39,567 nt of DNA from Octopus bimaculoides. Lineage: Eukaryota. Location: contig NC_068981.1 in the NCBI RefSeq assembly GCF_001194135.2, forward strand, positions 22,782,141 through 22,821,707, given 5' to 3'. This document shows positions 1 to 11,920 of this stretch, one piece after another. The notes beneath the pieces were generated by a model, which worked only from the letters and a program-made list of their open reading frames with translations, searched no databases and had not been told where the DNA came from. Each line of letters opens with the position of its first letter. Positions within the stretch are counted from its first letter, which is position 1. The translations under genes and the position numbers were made by a program.

Positions 1-31
<31 letters not shown>
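1..31. repeat. (TA)n microsatellite
   Basis: Pure TA run at the window start; many more (TA)n, (CA)n and (ATC)n runs occur throughout. Confidence 0.95.
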
Positions 32-34
<3 letters not shown>

Positions 35-1436
35 TGTATGCATAAGAGAGAGAATTTAGAAAAGTTTGTAGGACAGAAAGAAACTAGGAAATTGTGACAG
101 ACAGAGAGCAAAAGACGTTTAGAAGGAAAGGATGAAGTGCAAAAAAAAAAAAATGAAGCATTTAAAAAAAAAATGTATGAAGTAGAATTATATACACAAA
201 CATACATCAACAGTATTCTGCAGTAGTTTTCTAATATTCCTCCTCCCCCGCCAGCCAGCTTCATTACATCATCTATTAGTTTGAACACCCTGTAGAAATC
301 GTTTGATAAATACATGCTGAAAACAAGATTCAGCTATTTTGTTGTACTTTTCATCACTCTGTTTACTTCAGCTGACCTAGATGAGCATTTGATCTCACAC
401 TTGAGTGGCTAGTGCTAATGGTTGCTGTTTAGATATGCCCTACTGCCCAAAGTTTTGATTGAGCTGTTTTATGATCAAAGCCAGTTCTGTTTTATGTGGG
501 AAATCTGGGACTACATTATCTAAACTGTCCTTCCTTCCTGTACTAAGATAGTGGGGTGTGGGATTGAAGGAGATTTGGCATCTATTTCTTGTAGGTCAAG
601 CCGAGACCTTCTGTGTGGCTGGTGCTTTGCCTACAGTACAACACTAGTTACTGTCTGTAAACCAACTGTGTGTAGCTTAATACATTTTTATAGTAGGTTC
701 TTTTTTTGTATTACGATATTGGAGTTATGTGGCTGGAGGGGATTTGGCACCCAGTTCTTGGAGGTTAAACAACTACATAGAGGCTTTTTATGGTCGGCTG
801 GTACTTGGTTTACAGTATGATACTAGTAACTGATTCTTAACTGGCAATGTATAGCTTAATACTTTCATATATTTGGTCTCTGTATGTATGACATTAAATT
901 ACAATATTTTATACAAATATCTAACTTTTCTATTTAGAATTTCATTTTCTAAACATTGACATATGTATGTCACAATTACCACCACTGCCACCACCACCAT
1001 CAACAACACTATCATTACCATCATCATCACTATCATCATCGCTTACAACTGATGGCTTGTTTATTTTTTTCCCCTTCTCTGTGGTTAAATCAAACATATT
1101 TGTCTCCTTCCAGCATGTCTTGTTCTTCTAGTTGTTAGTCATTTCCTCTGTAGATATCCTACTTTTGGAGGTCACTTTGGCTATCTTGTTCCATATTTTC
1201 GTTGACTATTCTATCTGACCTCCACCCAACTAAATAAAAACTACACACACACACACATTAGCCTACAATGTCTATTACACATGTCTCTTTGTCTGCAACT
1301 ATGACTATTTATTTGCAGCCTTTTGGGGGAGATATCAAAGTATTCTACTTCCTCTACAATTCCATTTAAATGCTTTATAATTTTTATTTTTATTTTTGCA
1401 ACTATTAATGTTCTCTCAGATTCATTGGTAAACATA

Positions 1437-1510
1437 CTCATCTATCATGCATTATCACCCTTCACATGACATATCCAAACCAACATAAGTCAATGCTCAA
1501 TCTTACATCA
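1437..1510 (-). mobile_element. RTE-type LINE fragment, copy 1 (duplicated at 1952-2025)
   Basis: Minus strand reads DVRLSIDLCWFGYVM*, resembling the RTE C-terminal RLRWFGHVxRM motif. Confidence 0.5.
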
Positions 1511-1683
1511 NNNNNNNNNNNNNNNNNNNNNNNNNNNNNNNNNNNNNNNNNNNNNNNNNNNNNNNNNNNNNNNNNNNNNNNNNNNNNNNNNNNNNNNNNN
1601 NNNNNNNNNNNNNNNNNNNNNNNNNNNNNNNNNNNNNNNNNNNNNNNNNNNNNNNNNNNNNNNNNNNNNNNNNNNNNNNNNNN
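1511..1683. other. Assembly gap (N run)
   Basis: N run. Other gaps: 11572-11617, 25839-25900, 27225-27420, 31126-32021, 33328-34246, 38462-38471. All X-rich ORFs in the track come from these gaps. Confidence 0.99.
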
Positions 1684-1930
1684 CAGGAGTAATGTTGGTG
1701 AATTTTGAGTAGCATGGAATTTTGGAAGGTTGCAGTGTCCTGACAATTAACAACAGATATTTGTAGTTTATTCCATGTTTAGCATGACATTGTCTGATCA
1801 TGCTCCATAATTGTTGTGGTAATTGTTTCAACAGGTTTTTGGCATTGATTGAGTAGGTCTTCAACATAGCATCTTTCAAATTCTAGCATAATAGCTTTTT
1901 ACTCCTAAGTTTTGTTTGAGCAGATACAAG
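1684..1930 (-). mobile_element. CR1/L2-like LINE 3' fragment (same family as 4620-5055)
   Basis: Minus strand gives LEFERCYVEDL and WNKLQISVVNCQDTATFQNSMLLKIHQHYS, which aligns with WNKLPASVVSCQDIASFKTSMLPEIHQHYT near 4790-4880. Confidence 0.8.
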
Positions 1931-1951
1931 CATTGGTACCTTCTTTAAATG

Positions 1952-2045
1952 ACTCATCTATCATGCATTATCACCTTCACATGACATATCCAAACCAACA
2001 TAAGTCAATGCTCAATCTTACATCAAAGCCATTGATTCCTGACCA
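1952..2045 (-). mobile_element. RTE-type LINE fragment, copy 2
   Basis: Minus strand reads GINGFDVRLSIDLCWFGYVM*. Confidence 0.5.
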
Positions 2046-2090
2046 TTATCTGAACTCATTAGCACTCATCACCGTCATCATCATTTAATA

Positions 2091-2265
2091 TCCATGTTCC
2101 ATACCGACATGAATTGCATGAATCAATATGATCTGACTAGCCTGAGGGCTGAGTTTCTCTCCTGTGTCTACTTGGGCAAGATTTCTTTTGTTGGAGACAC
2201 TTCCTAACACCAACCACTTTACAGAGTATGCTGGATATTTTTTTTTTTTTTGGCACCAGCACCAG
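2091..2265 (-). mobile_element. SINE family B ((TGA)n-tailed), degraded
   Basis: catcatcatttaa...cttcctaacaccaaccac matches the reverse complement of the family-B 3' end seen at 15540-15710. Confidence 0.7.
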
Positions 2266-2629
2266 TAAGGTCATCAAGAAAATTTATGTTGTAGCTGATA
2301 TAGATCATAATTAGCCCATTCCTTTCTATCATAGCATAATATTTGGTTTGCAGACTGAACTTATTACTTGGTTTAACCCCCATCACCTGGTCATTGAGTG
2401 TCTTTAACAGTGTTCACTCCATTGCAAACATTTACACTTTGCCCATGTTATCTTTATATTCATTGTCAATATTTATCTGCTGATGTTCAAGTTGTATGTA
2501 GGCTGCATCAATCTCCTCCGGAGCTTGCAGGGGTGACAGGAATAGAGCATGCTCCTTGTAACTCTTCATATTTCACAGCACCACAGTTCTTATGTTGTTC
2601 AAAGATGTGGCAGTTCTCTGAACTTCTTT

Positions 2630-3218
2630 CCTTGTTTCAATCATTGGACTGTAGCCGTGCTGGGGTTTAGTCAGCCTTGAAGGGTTTAGTCAAACAATTT
2701 GACTTCAGTACTTATTTTTTTAACTCTGGTACATATTTTATCAGTCTTCTTTGCTTAGCTGATAAGCTACAGGGACACAGACAAACAAACACAAGTTTTC
2801 AAGCAGTGTGTGTGTGTGTGTGTGTGTGTTTAAGGAGCAAACACAAACACTGACATGTGCACACATACTCACTCATATATGGTGGGCTTCTACACAGTTT
2901 CCATCTACCAAATTCACCTATAAGGCATTGGTCAGTTATGGGTTGCGTGATCTGATCAATAAGTATCCAGACTGTTGCTATAGCAACGAAGCTGAAGCAT
3001 GCAGAGTGAAGCTGCTTGGCACAAATTGAACATGGACTCTGTTGTGCACGTGCACTAAGTTTTAACGTTCTAGCTCACTTCTGTTGTTTACAGCAGTGCT
3101 TGGAAGGAACGTGTGTAATGTATAGTTGAAGACACTTGGCCAAAGTACTGTACCGTGAAATTGAACTCAAACCCATGTGGTTGCAAAGTGAGTTTCTTAA
3201 CCACAAAACCATGCCTGC
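2630..3218 (-). mobile_element. SINE family A (tRNA-like head), degraded with internal insertion
   Basis: Tail ttgtttcaatcattggactg at 2632 and head gacacttggccaaag...ttcttaaccacaaaaccatgcctgc at 3130-3218. Confidence 0.7.
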
Positions 3219-3372
3219 TAATAAAATAAACTGCTAATTTGAAAGCAACCAATTTAGAATCCACTGAAACTAACAATGGTCTGCATCACTGTCAGTAAAA
3301 AAATATTAAAATTTGGAAAATAAGTTTATATGTTATGAAGAGAAGGGGGTTCTGACGTTTTGGGTAATATTC

Positions 3373-3778
3373 ATCATCACCAATGTTTAATGTCAACTTT
3401 TCCAAGCTTGCATGGGTTGGATAGAATTTGCTGAAGCAGATTTTTTATGGCTAGATACCCTTCCTTTTGCCAACTCTCATCTATTTCCAAATAAGGTAAT
3501 ATTTCCCTTTGACTAGACATATCTCCGAAGATTGAAAACAAAGGACACTGCCTGCATGACAGCGACACTTGCTTACAACTGTCACATGATTTCAAGTGAA
3601 GGAGACTGTAACATACACACATATACATATATGATGGGCTTCTTTCAGTTTCTGTCTATTATAGCCGTTGATAAGGCTTTGGTCAGCCCAAGGCTGACTC
3701 TTGCCTACAGTGTCACACTGTGGAACTGAACTTGAAACCATGTTATTAGGTGCAGACTTCTTATACACACAACCACAG
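3373..3778 (-). mobile_element. SINE family B variant followed by a family A head
   Basis: catcatcacc...gaatttgctgaagcagatttt core, repeated at about 17113-17330, 23400-23540 and 30395-30560, then a family A head at 3640-3778. Confidence 0.65.
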
Positions 3779-4360
3779 TTGTGAATTAAAAACTTAAAAG
3801 ATGTTGGTATGAAATGCTGCAAAGATGTGAGTAAATTGTAAAAAGTGTGTGTGTTAACTGGAAAATTGATATGACTATCAGAACACAGAAATATGCTAAC
3901 ATGCTATAGCAAAACGTATATGTAACACAATGGAAAGCATAATTTCAGATTAGTGGGGGAAAAAAAAAATTTGGACACTAAAACAAAATTCAACTTTAAT
4001 TTCTGACATTTGGAATTGGTGAAAATAATTGGTGAAGATTTTAAAATGGGTTTGTTTTAGATTTATGTAACTAAAGGTCACGGGGGTGTTGTTGAAACTA
4101 CTAACAGCATAAATCATAATTTAGTTTTTTGATATGTAAAAAAAAAAACTAATATATTGATTTATTTATAATTTGGCTGATGTTTTTATTTTCCATCTTT
4201 TTTTTTTCTTTTTTAATGAGTGGAAATTAGTTTTTTTGCTCCAGGATATAACATAATGTGCATGTAACAGGATATACACTTCTGGGAGCTTCGTAGATTT
4301 AATAACTTGGGTATCATACATCACATAAAGCAAAGATATTGGTTTATTTTTTGGTAGCAG

Positions 4361-4417
4361 GAGGTGACATGTGGGGAGGATATAACATAGAGGCTCCGTA
4401 TATTATCTCAAGTGAAG
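4361..4417 (+). CDS. Candidate 57-nt phase 1-1 exon of an unidentified gene (GDMWGGYNIEAPYIISSE)
   Basis: Acceptor tttattttttggtagcag, donor GAAG|gtggga, length divisible by 3, open in the frame that joins 5937. Confidence 0.45.
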
Positions 4418-4619
4418 GTGGGAGTAATTGAGGAATTGTGATGTTCATGCTTTTCTCAATGGCATTAATGGGAATCAACAGTTTATGGAAATCATGTTTA
4501 TTACTGAGGGCAAATATACTTTCGGACCAATGACGTACTTTGTAAAGCATATAACAGGAGTGGCCAAGCTGGTTGATGAGAAGAGTTACACCTATATTTT
4601 TCATGTTCAAGAGTTACAA

Positions 4620-5055
4620 TGGATATTTTCAAAAACAAAATTATTAACCATTGTGCCCACAACCACCTTGAGCACCTTTTTGAGCTCCATGTGTCTAAGA
4701 CATGTGGGCATGCCTTACAAAGTCAGAAAACAGCACAGATCTCATGACTTTTGGAAACATTCTTTCACACTTAAAGTTGCTGAAGCATGGAACAAACTAC
4801 CTGCATCAGTTGTTAGTTGCCAAGACATTGCATCCTTTAAAACCTCCATGCTGCCTGAAATTCACCAACACTACACCTGATACCCCCCACCCTCCATATG
4901 CATACACACATGTATATCATGACTCATACACTGTTCACTTTCCTGGCATTTGTACATAATTCTATGAACTGTACATGCACCTTTGATGAGTTGTAGTGCA
5001 TCTGAGCACTATACACAATAATTTCATTGTTATTATTATTATTATTATTATTATG
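4620..5055 (+). mobile_element. CR1/L2-like LINE 3' end with 3'UTR and (ATT)n tail
   Basis: YKVRKQHRSHDFWKHSFTLKVAEAWNKLPASVVSCQDIASFK fits the CR1-clade RT C-terminal motif (FFxxRVxxxWNxLP...FK). Stop at 4878-4880; (ATT)n at about 5029-5053. Confidence 0.85.
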
Positions 5056-5116
5056 AAATTATATTTACTGAACATGTACTGCTACATAATTTTGCTCCAT
5101 AAAGTGTCTTGCTTAA

Positions 5117-5318
5117 CCCTTTTGTTATTGTATTTCTGTTGTAATACATTACTTTTGTTTCAATTAATTTTGAAAATGATGAAGAATTTAGTAAAATAAC
5201 TTTCTCAGTATTACATCGGAACATAAATTAACATGATAGTTTCATGTAGATCTTTTAGAAACAGGAAATTTGTATCATGCAACCAGGAGCAGTCTCAGGC
5301 TGTTTGGTATCAAAAGGG
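5117..5318. mobile_element. Non-autonomous piggyBac-type MITE (202 bp)
   Basis: TTAA at 5113-5116 and 5319-5322; terminal inverted repeats CCCTTTTGTTA and TATCAAAAGGG (10/11 match). Confidence 0.85.
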
Positions 5319-5544
5319 TTAAACTTTACTTGTTAAAGGTTTTTTATACCCAAACCATTAAGCTATGTGTCTTTACATATATTGGACAGTATAGTCCTAA
5401 ATACAATGGCTTCTATAAAACCTGGATAAGTTCAGGGCTATAATAGGACTAAAACAACAGCAACATTTAAACCTTGAAGTTGATTTGATCATAGGTCTCT
5501 TATGAGCCTTCAGGTTCGTTAAGTTGAAGCTTATCCTGGTTTCT

Positions 5545-5735
5545 TGGCATATAAATAATTAAGAGTGCAACACTCTCTGCTGAATGGGGTGCCAGTTCAT
5601 GAGAGGGTTAACTCTCAGTTATTGTTGGTATACATTTTCATTTTAATGGACTGGAGCAACATGAAATGAAGTGTTTTGCTTGAAAACACAACACACAGTT
5701 TTATGATCTTGACACCAACCACTGTACTATACACC
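5545..5735 (-). mobile_element. SINE family D, degraded
   Basis: ctggagcaacatgaaatgaagtgttttgcttgaaaacacaacacac resembles the reverse complement of 26160-26215. Confidence 0.55.
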
Positions 5736-5936
5736 TTGAAGCAAATAATGACCCAAAATTCACTTAGTCATGAAGATTTATGAAAGATAGGAAGTTAGGA
5801 TAAACCAACATAGATTCTGATCGCTTCTACAAGCCTTTTAGAATACTTAAACTCTGCATTACAAACTAACAAAATCCTCATCAGATATGCTATTCACTTG
5901 CACCTTACATTAGTGTGTTGTACTTCCCCCATCTAG

Positions 5937-5984
5937 GTGGATACGGGCCACCAAGAGGTTACAGAAGCGGGAATCTTGCTGAAA
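5937..5984 (+). CDS. 48-nt phase 1-1 exon (GYGPPRGYRSGNLAE)
   Basis: Acceptor tacttcccccatctag, donor GAAA|gtaata, GC-richer than its flanks, joins 12746 in frame to give ...NLAE-K-TVHY. Confidence 0.6.
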
Positions 5985-7340
5985 GTAATATTATTAATCA
6001 AATTTCCAGTTACTAAAAGAACTATTTCAGTTTCCAATTTGTTTTTTTTTTACTTCTTTAAATAGATGTTATTGTAGTGTTTAGCTGACACATTAGCCTG
6101 CTTGTCTCCTCATCAGTCTTTTCTTTTATTCCTTTTCTCTCCCTCACTCTCTTTCCTTTATTCACCATATTAATATTTCCCCGTGATAAAAGCTTTGATT
6201 CTTCAAACTGTTGCCCCACATATATACTTTCTTGAAATTTCTGTCATCAAAAGTAGAAAATTTACATAAAGGAATCCTTTCAAGCAGACTGAGTTCCATA
6301 CGGTTTGGTTGAAGAGCAGTTAAGTAAGAAGAGATAAGTGCTTGCTAATGTTTAAATGCATGACACAGCATTAATGTATGCACTTACACATGTGCATCAG
6401 TAAATGCATCCAGCAATGAATAGACAATCATTATTACTAAGTATCAACTTAACTAGAGCTACTATTATGTCTATTGTCGAGGATTTAGGAAGGTTTCACA
6501 TGCACACATAAATATTGTGTGTGTATCTGTATATATGTGTGTGTGTGCATAGTGATAGATAGATAGATAGATAGATAGACAAACAGACAGATTGATCTAT
6601 AGTGTGTCTGCTTGCAAAATGGAGAGAAAGTCATACAAAATACCATTTCTGAATTTTTCTGTTTCTATTTTCCATGAAGACTTTACACACAAAATCAGTG
6701 ATTTGATTATATTTTTTCTTTTCTTTCTTTCTTTTTTCTTTTTTTTTTTGTCTTTTCTGGGTTTTTCTCCCACCACCACCACTCCCTTTCCTTCATTGCT
6801 TTTTTTATTTGCATTCTTGTTATTTCTTGCCTGTGAAAATTAACATTTCTACATCACTGCTAGTTAGTTTTGCCTTCAACAACTGTATCTTTTGTCCTGC
6901 AGTGTGGATATAGTATAGATATATGTGTGCGTAATTATTTTTTCTTCTTACTGAGCTTAGCTTTCAAAAGACTGTAGATAGTTATTTTCATATATATCAG
7001 TGTATGTGTGTATATATATATTGTAAGGAAGATATGTATGTAAGTGTATGTTAGTCCAAGTGTGCATATGTACATGCAACAATGCAAAATTTTAATCAAT
7101 AAATATCCAGTAGAAATATGACTCATGATAAATTTGTAGCATAACTGTACTAAATGAAAAATTGCAGGTTGCTACAAACATGGAATGCTTAAGTATTCAA
7201 ACTATTTACTCAGCACAGCTCATAAAATTTGGCTATAAAAATGTAATTGTTAAGAATTTAAGAATATTAAGGAATACTGTTTTCTTAGAGTCTGTTTGTT
7301 CAATTATACTAAATTGTCAAATTATTTTCCATTAAAAAAA

Positions 7341-7735
7341 ATGTTGTGTAGTTAAGAAGCTTGATCTGTAATCTTGTGGTTTTTGGCTCAGTCCTACTGT
7401 ACAGCACCTTGGGCAAGTGTCTTCTGCTGTAGCTCTGGAAAGAGCAAACCCTTGTGAGTTTGGAAATTAAAAGAAGCTCATAATATAGGTGTCTGTGATT
7501 GTGTACTCTTGTTTAGGCACCACTTGCTGATTGTAAATACTCGTCATTGTCATAAAAGTGAAGTTGTTCATTTCTGGTCTTCTGGTAAAAACATATCTAG
7601 GTATGAGGAAGTATTACCTTGTTTGGAAACAAGTGTGGGTAGGTGACAGGAAGGGTATATGGCCATAGACATTCTGCCTCAAGAAATTCTATCTGACCCA
7701 TGCTAGCATGGAAGAGTAGATATTAAATGATAATT
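7341..7735 (+). mobile_element. SINE family A head plus family B variant tail, degraded; similar composite at 8131-8420
   Basis: accttgggcaagtgtcttc core at about 7407; aggaagggtatatggccatag...gatattaaatgat tail. Confidence 0.65.
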
Positions 7736-7820
7736 ATATATATATATATATATATGGAAGAATTTACAAAAAAATCAACAACAGACAAGGACAGGTGGTG
7801 TAAACAACAAAAGGATGTAT

Positions 7821-7862
<42 letters not shown>

Positions 7863-8093
7863 TAATACCAACCAATTTGCATATATGGCACATTTTTGGC
7901 ATCTAGTTCATCAATTTTTACTTTTGCTCTTAGTAATAGTGTTTATAAGTGCCCATAGGCACTTAGAGAACATACTTGGTCAATCACATAAGATTGCAAC
8001 TAGTCTAAGTCTTCCTGCTTTGTCTATGAAAATATTATGTTTAAAGACAAAGTATTTACACAAGTTTATACATATAATATCAGCTACAGTTAA

Positions 8094-8132
<39 letters not shown>

Positions 8133-9373
8133 CATGGCTATGTGGTTAAGAAGATTGCATTCCAACCATCTTGTCTTGGAATCTGTGCTATTGCTGTGCA
8201 CCTTGGGCAAGAATCTTTTAGTATAGCCCTAGGCTGTCTAAAACCTTGTAAGTGGATTTGATAGATGGAAACTGTGTATGTCTAGTGATGGGGAAATATT
8301 ACTTTGCTGGAAACGGGTGAGTGTTGGTGACAGGATGGGCATCCAGCTATGGAAAATAATGTCAACAAATTCTATCCAACCCAAGCATGAAAATGTACTT
8401 TAAGATAATAATTATTATTATTATCATTGTTATTTTTATATGCATTTTTAAGTATATATTTGATAGCTTCACAGTGATCAATGCATTAAAATAGAGATAA
8501 AATAATGTCATATAATATACATGCAGAATACAATAGGAAGCATGTATATTAATGTTAAAATACATATCAACATGCTCACAAACACATGTGCACATATCAC
8601 AATGAGAAATGGATGTTAGATGGAATCCATTATAGTAGATTTATGAAAAAAATTAATAAGACAAGATCAAAGAATGTTAGGTTCCACAGATGCTGTGATG
8701 CAATGCCAAGATATATGAGCAAATGGTGTATTCATCCAATTCCAGTTCAATTAGAATAAAATGGACGTTAAAACAGTGACGATGATGAAGTAGTTTATTT
8801 GATTTCACTCTTCAAGAAAATATATTAAATTCTTGACAACCTTGCATAGAGTCCATAAAATCAATATCAACCACGAGAGACTGTCCTTGCCATTAATTTT
8901 TACACACTTTATGTATGACTTCAAGAGTCTTATACCACAACCATTCATTTGCAAAAGTACATATTCTCAGAAGTTTCTGATGTATTTCTCTGGAATTCCC
9001 CAACAAATTTCCATCAGCTCTGTATTGTTTTTCTGTTTTCGTATCCTCAAAGTGTTCTTAGTTAAAATATTCATTATATTAATCTTCACAATATCAATGC
9101 CGACAAACATTTATATTTCATTTTTTTCTCTTTTTCTTATAGTTTTTTTTTTTTTTGCTATATTCTTTTGATGCATGCATGTACAAATCCAACACTAATG
9201 CACATGCATATGCATAAATATAACCTAATAGTTTTGGGTTCAGGAATACGGTAATACATCTTGTGCAGATCACTTCTAATGTAACCTCAGGCCAACCAAT
9301 GCCTTTTAAGTGTATTTGACAGATGGAAAGTCTGTCTTTCAATCTCTCTCCCCACTATATATATGTATACATA

Positions 9374-9762
9374 GGTGCAGGCATGGCTGTGTGGTAAGAA
9401 GCTTGCTCCCCAACCACATGGTTCCTGGGTCAGTCTCAATGCGTAGCACCTTGGACAAGTGTCTTCTACTATAGTCTCAGGTCGACCAAAGCCCTGTGAG
9501 TGGATTTGGTTGATGGAATCTGAAAGAAACCCATCTCACACAAACACACATACACACACACACACACACGTCAATGTGTGTCTGTGTTTGTTTCGCCATT
9601 ATCACTTGACAACCGATGTTGGTGTGTTTGCGTTTCCATAACTTAGCATTTCAGCAAAGCAATCAATAAAATAAGTACTAGGTTTTAAAATGAGCCCAGG
9701 GATTGATTTGTTAAAAAAAGCACTTCAAGATGGTACTCTAGCATGGCCACAGTGAAATTACT
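9374..9762 (+). mobile_element. SINE family A, near full length
   Basis: A-box-like tggctgtgtgg, B-box-like gggtcagtctc, central (CA)n and family 3' part. Confidence 0.85.
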
Positions 9763-10649
9763 TATGGACATTGACTTTGTACTCCTTTAGTTCATCTATT
9801 ACATATGTTTGATCATTCTTGTCAGTTGTCTCACAGTGTTTTTGTTTATCATGCTGGCACTATGAGGTGCATCTACCGATTGCATCAATTGTGTGATGTC
9901 ATGTATTGCCAGATACTGAAACATATGTAACAGGTGAATTAAAGGTATACCAACTCAATGCACATGTTCTTTTTCTTTTATCATTACTGTGTTCTTTGTA
10001 TTATGTCATTGCTCATCTTTGGCTGCAGAAGACCCATGTGAACACACAATGGTGGCAGTTTAATGTGATTAACATTAAAGCCAAAACCTGAATAAGATAA
10101 ATTATGTGTTGAGCACAACCAGTCATGTGTGTGCTTTCTCTCATCTTGACATTTGTGTACTGATTGCTAGCAGTGTCACCATTCATACAAATAGTGCCAT
10201 TTGTTTGCAATCTTCTGTGAAAACATGTCCAGTCATTGAGCTGTCTATTGTTTGGAGGGCTAAAGGAAATATTAACTTGCTTGGAAACAAGGAAGGGTTG
10301 GTGACAGAAAAAGCATCCAGCCATAGAAAATATTCCTTAAGCAAGTTTCATATAAACCATGGAAGTCTGGAAAATTGGCCCTTAAGATAATGATGAAGAT
10401 GATATATATATATATATATATACATATATATACACAGACCACCATAGGTTTAAAAACAACAATTAACATTTACATTGACATTCAAATCTTAAATAGAAAT
10501 TGACTCATTCAATGGACTGGTGGGCTTGATTTCATATGTATTTGTGTGTGTGTATGCACAAATGGCAAGATGGTTGGTATGTCAGAGAATTTGTGCAACC
10601 TATGTAAATATGGAAAAGTGGAAGTAAAAATGAGCATAATGATGATATA

Positions 10650-10863
10650 TAAGGGGTTACTGAAAAGTTCCTGGCTTTAAGGGTATCACGAAAGGCTTGG
10701 TTAGAGGCCCAAACTTCCGTATTCTTTTACAGGGCTTAGGAAAAATGAAGGACTGCTGCAATAAGTGTGTGAGTCTGAAATGGGAATATGTTGAATAAAA
10801 TCATAATTAACTGATCCTCCTGTATTTTCTTTTACCCAAAGCCAGGTACTTTTCAGGAACTTG
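10650..10863 (+). mobile_element. mariner-derived MITE
   Basis: TIRs aggggttactgaaaagttcctggcttt and aaagccaggtacttttcagga, flanking TA dinucleotides, and internal CNKCVSLKWEYVE* resembling the mariner C-terminal WxKCVxxxGxYVE. Confidence 0.8.
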
Positions 10864-11514
10864 TATGTTCTTATTTTATCTCACTAATGTTTTTGGGATG
10901 ATTTATCTGTGGTTTTCTCAGGGTCTTAGCATGTTTTTGGATCTTTCAACATCAGACTTTGTTGCCCATTTGACCCAACCAGGACTGATAAAGTCCTAGC
11001 TTGCATCCCAGAAGTAACAATCCACAGGGATGCCGTCTTTATTCAAAGCCATCTTGTGGCTTTTTTTTTACAGCTTTGGTAATAGAAGATCTGGCCCTCT
11101 AACTCTTTACTGCATTTGTAATATATATATATATATATATATAGTATACATAAATATATACATACGCACGCTTCTCATATTGATTTCAATTTGATTGCTT
11201 TCTTTTCAAAATTGCTTCATTAATAATAAAAAAATAACAATTAGAAAATTTAAAGCAATAACCATAAATGAGGGAAAAAAAAAATTGGAGCACGATTCTT
11301 GATTCCTGTATTAGTGACCAGTTGATTGGCAGTGGTTCAGCTTGTTATTGGTTGATCGTTTTTTTTCCTCTATGGTCATATTTAATTAAAGTTGTTACAT
11401 TATTCAAGAACATATTGATAACATTAATTAAACATTTACTGTCTGCAGTAAATCAATGTAATGGTGTACAAGATTTATTAGTAGTTCTGTACAGTTGCAG
11501 TGGATAAATGTTTA

Positions 11515-11571
<57 letters not shown>

Positions 11572-11920
11572 NNNNNNNNNNNNNNNNNNNNNNNNNNNNN
11601 NNNNNNNNNNNNNNNNNCCGATCTATAAATAGTATGTTGTAGTCTATATAGTAGCGAGGTAGTGATTGTAGTAGTGGTGTGGGTGTAGGGTATATAATAG
11701 TATTGTAATGAATATATTTGTAGTGTAGTGTTTTCTCTGGTCAGATCTGGTGGAGCAACCCTCTAGCATGCAGGTAGTTGATCAAACAACAAAGTTTCAC
11801 CCACTGGGTCGCCTTCCTTGTGATATAGGTTTCTGTGAAGTGCAACTTCATCCCTTGTTGTTGTTGACTTCTTTTTACTTAATGTAAACCCCAGCTTGCT
11901 GTTTTGAACAACAATAATAA

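Noticed and set aside
314-412. 32-aa ORF MLKTRFSYFVVLFITLFTSADLDEHLISHLSG with a signal-peptide look
   Set aside because: Very short, no donor to extend it, and it lies antisense to a decayed coding-like remnant; hydrophobic ORFs are common in T-rich DNA.
1319-1339. 21-nt symmetric micro-exon candidate (FWGRYQ) echoing MWGGYN
   Set aside because: The donor AAA|gtattc is weak and such short matches arise by chance; there is no independent support.
4428-4880. 150-aa ORF as a host gene
   Set aside because: The C-terminal half is a CR1 RT tail, the start is a non-ATG codon, and the N-terminal half is an accidental in-frame read-through.
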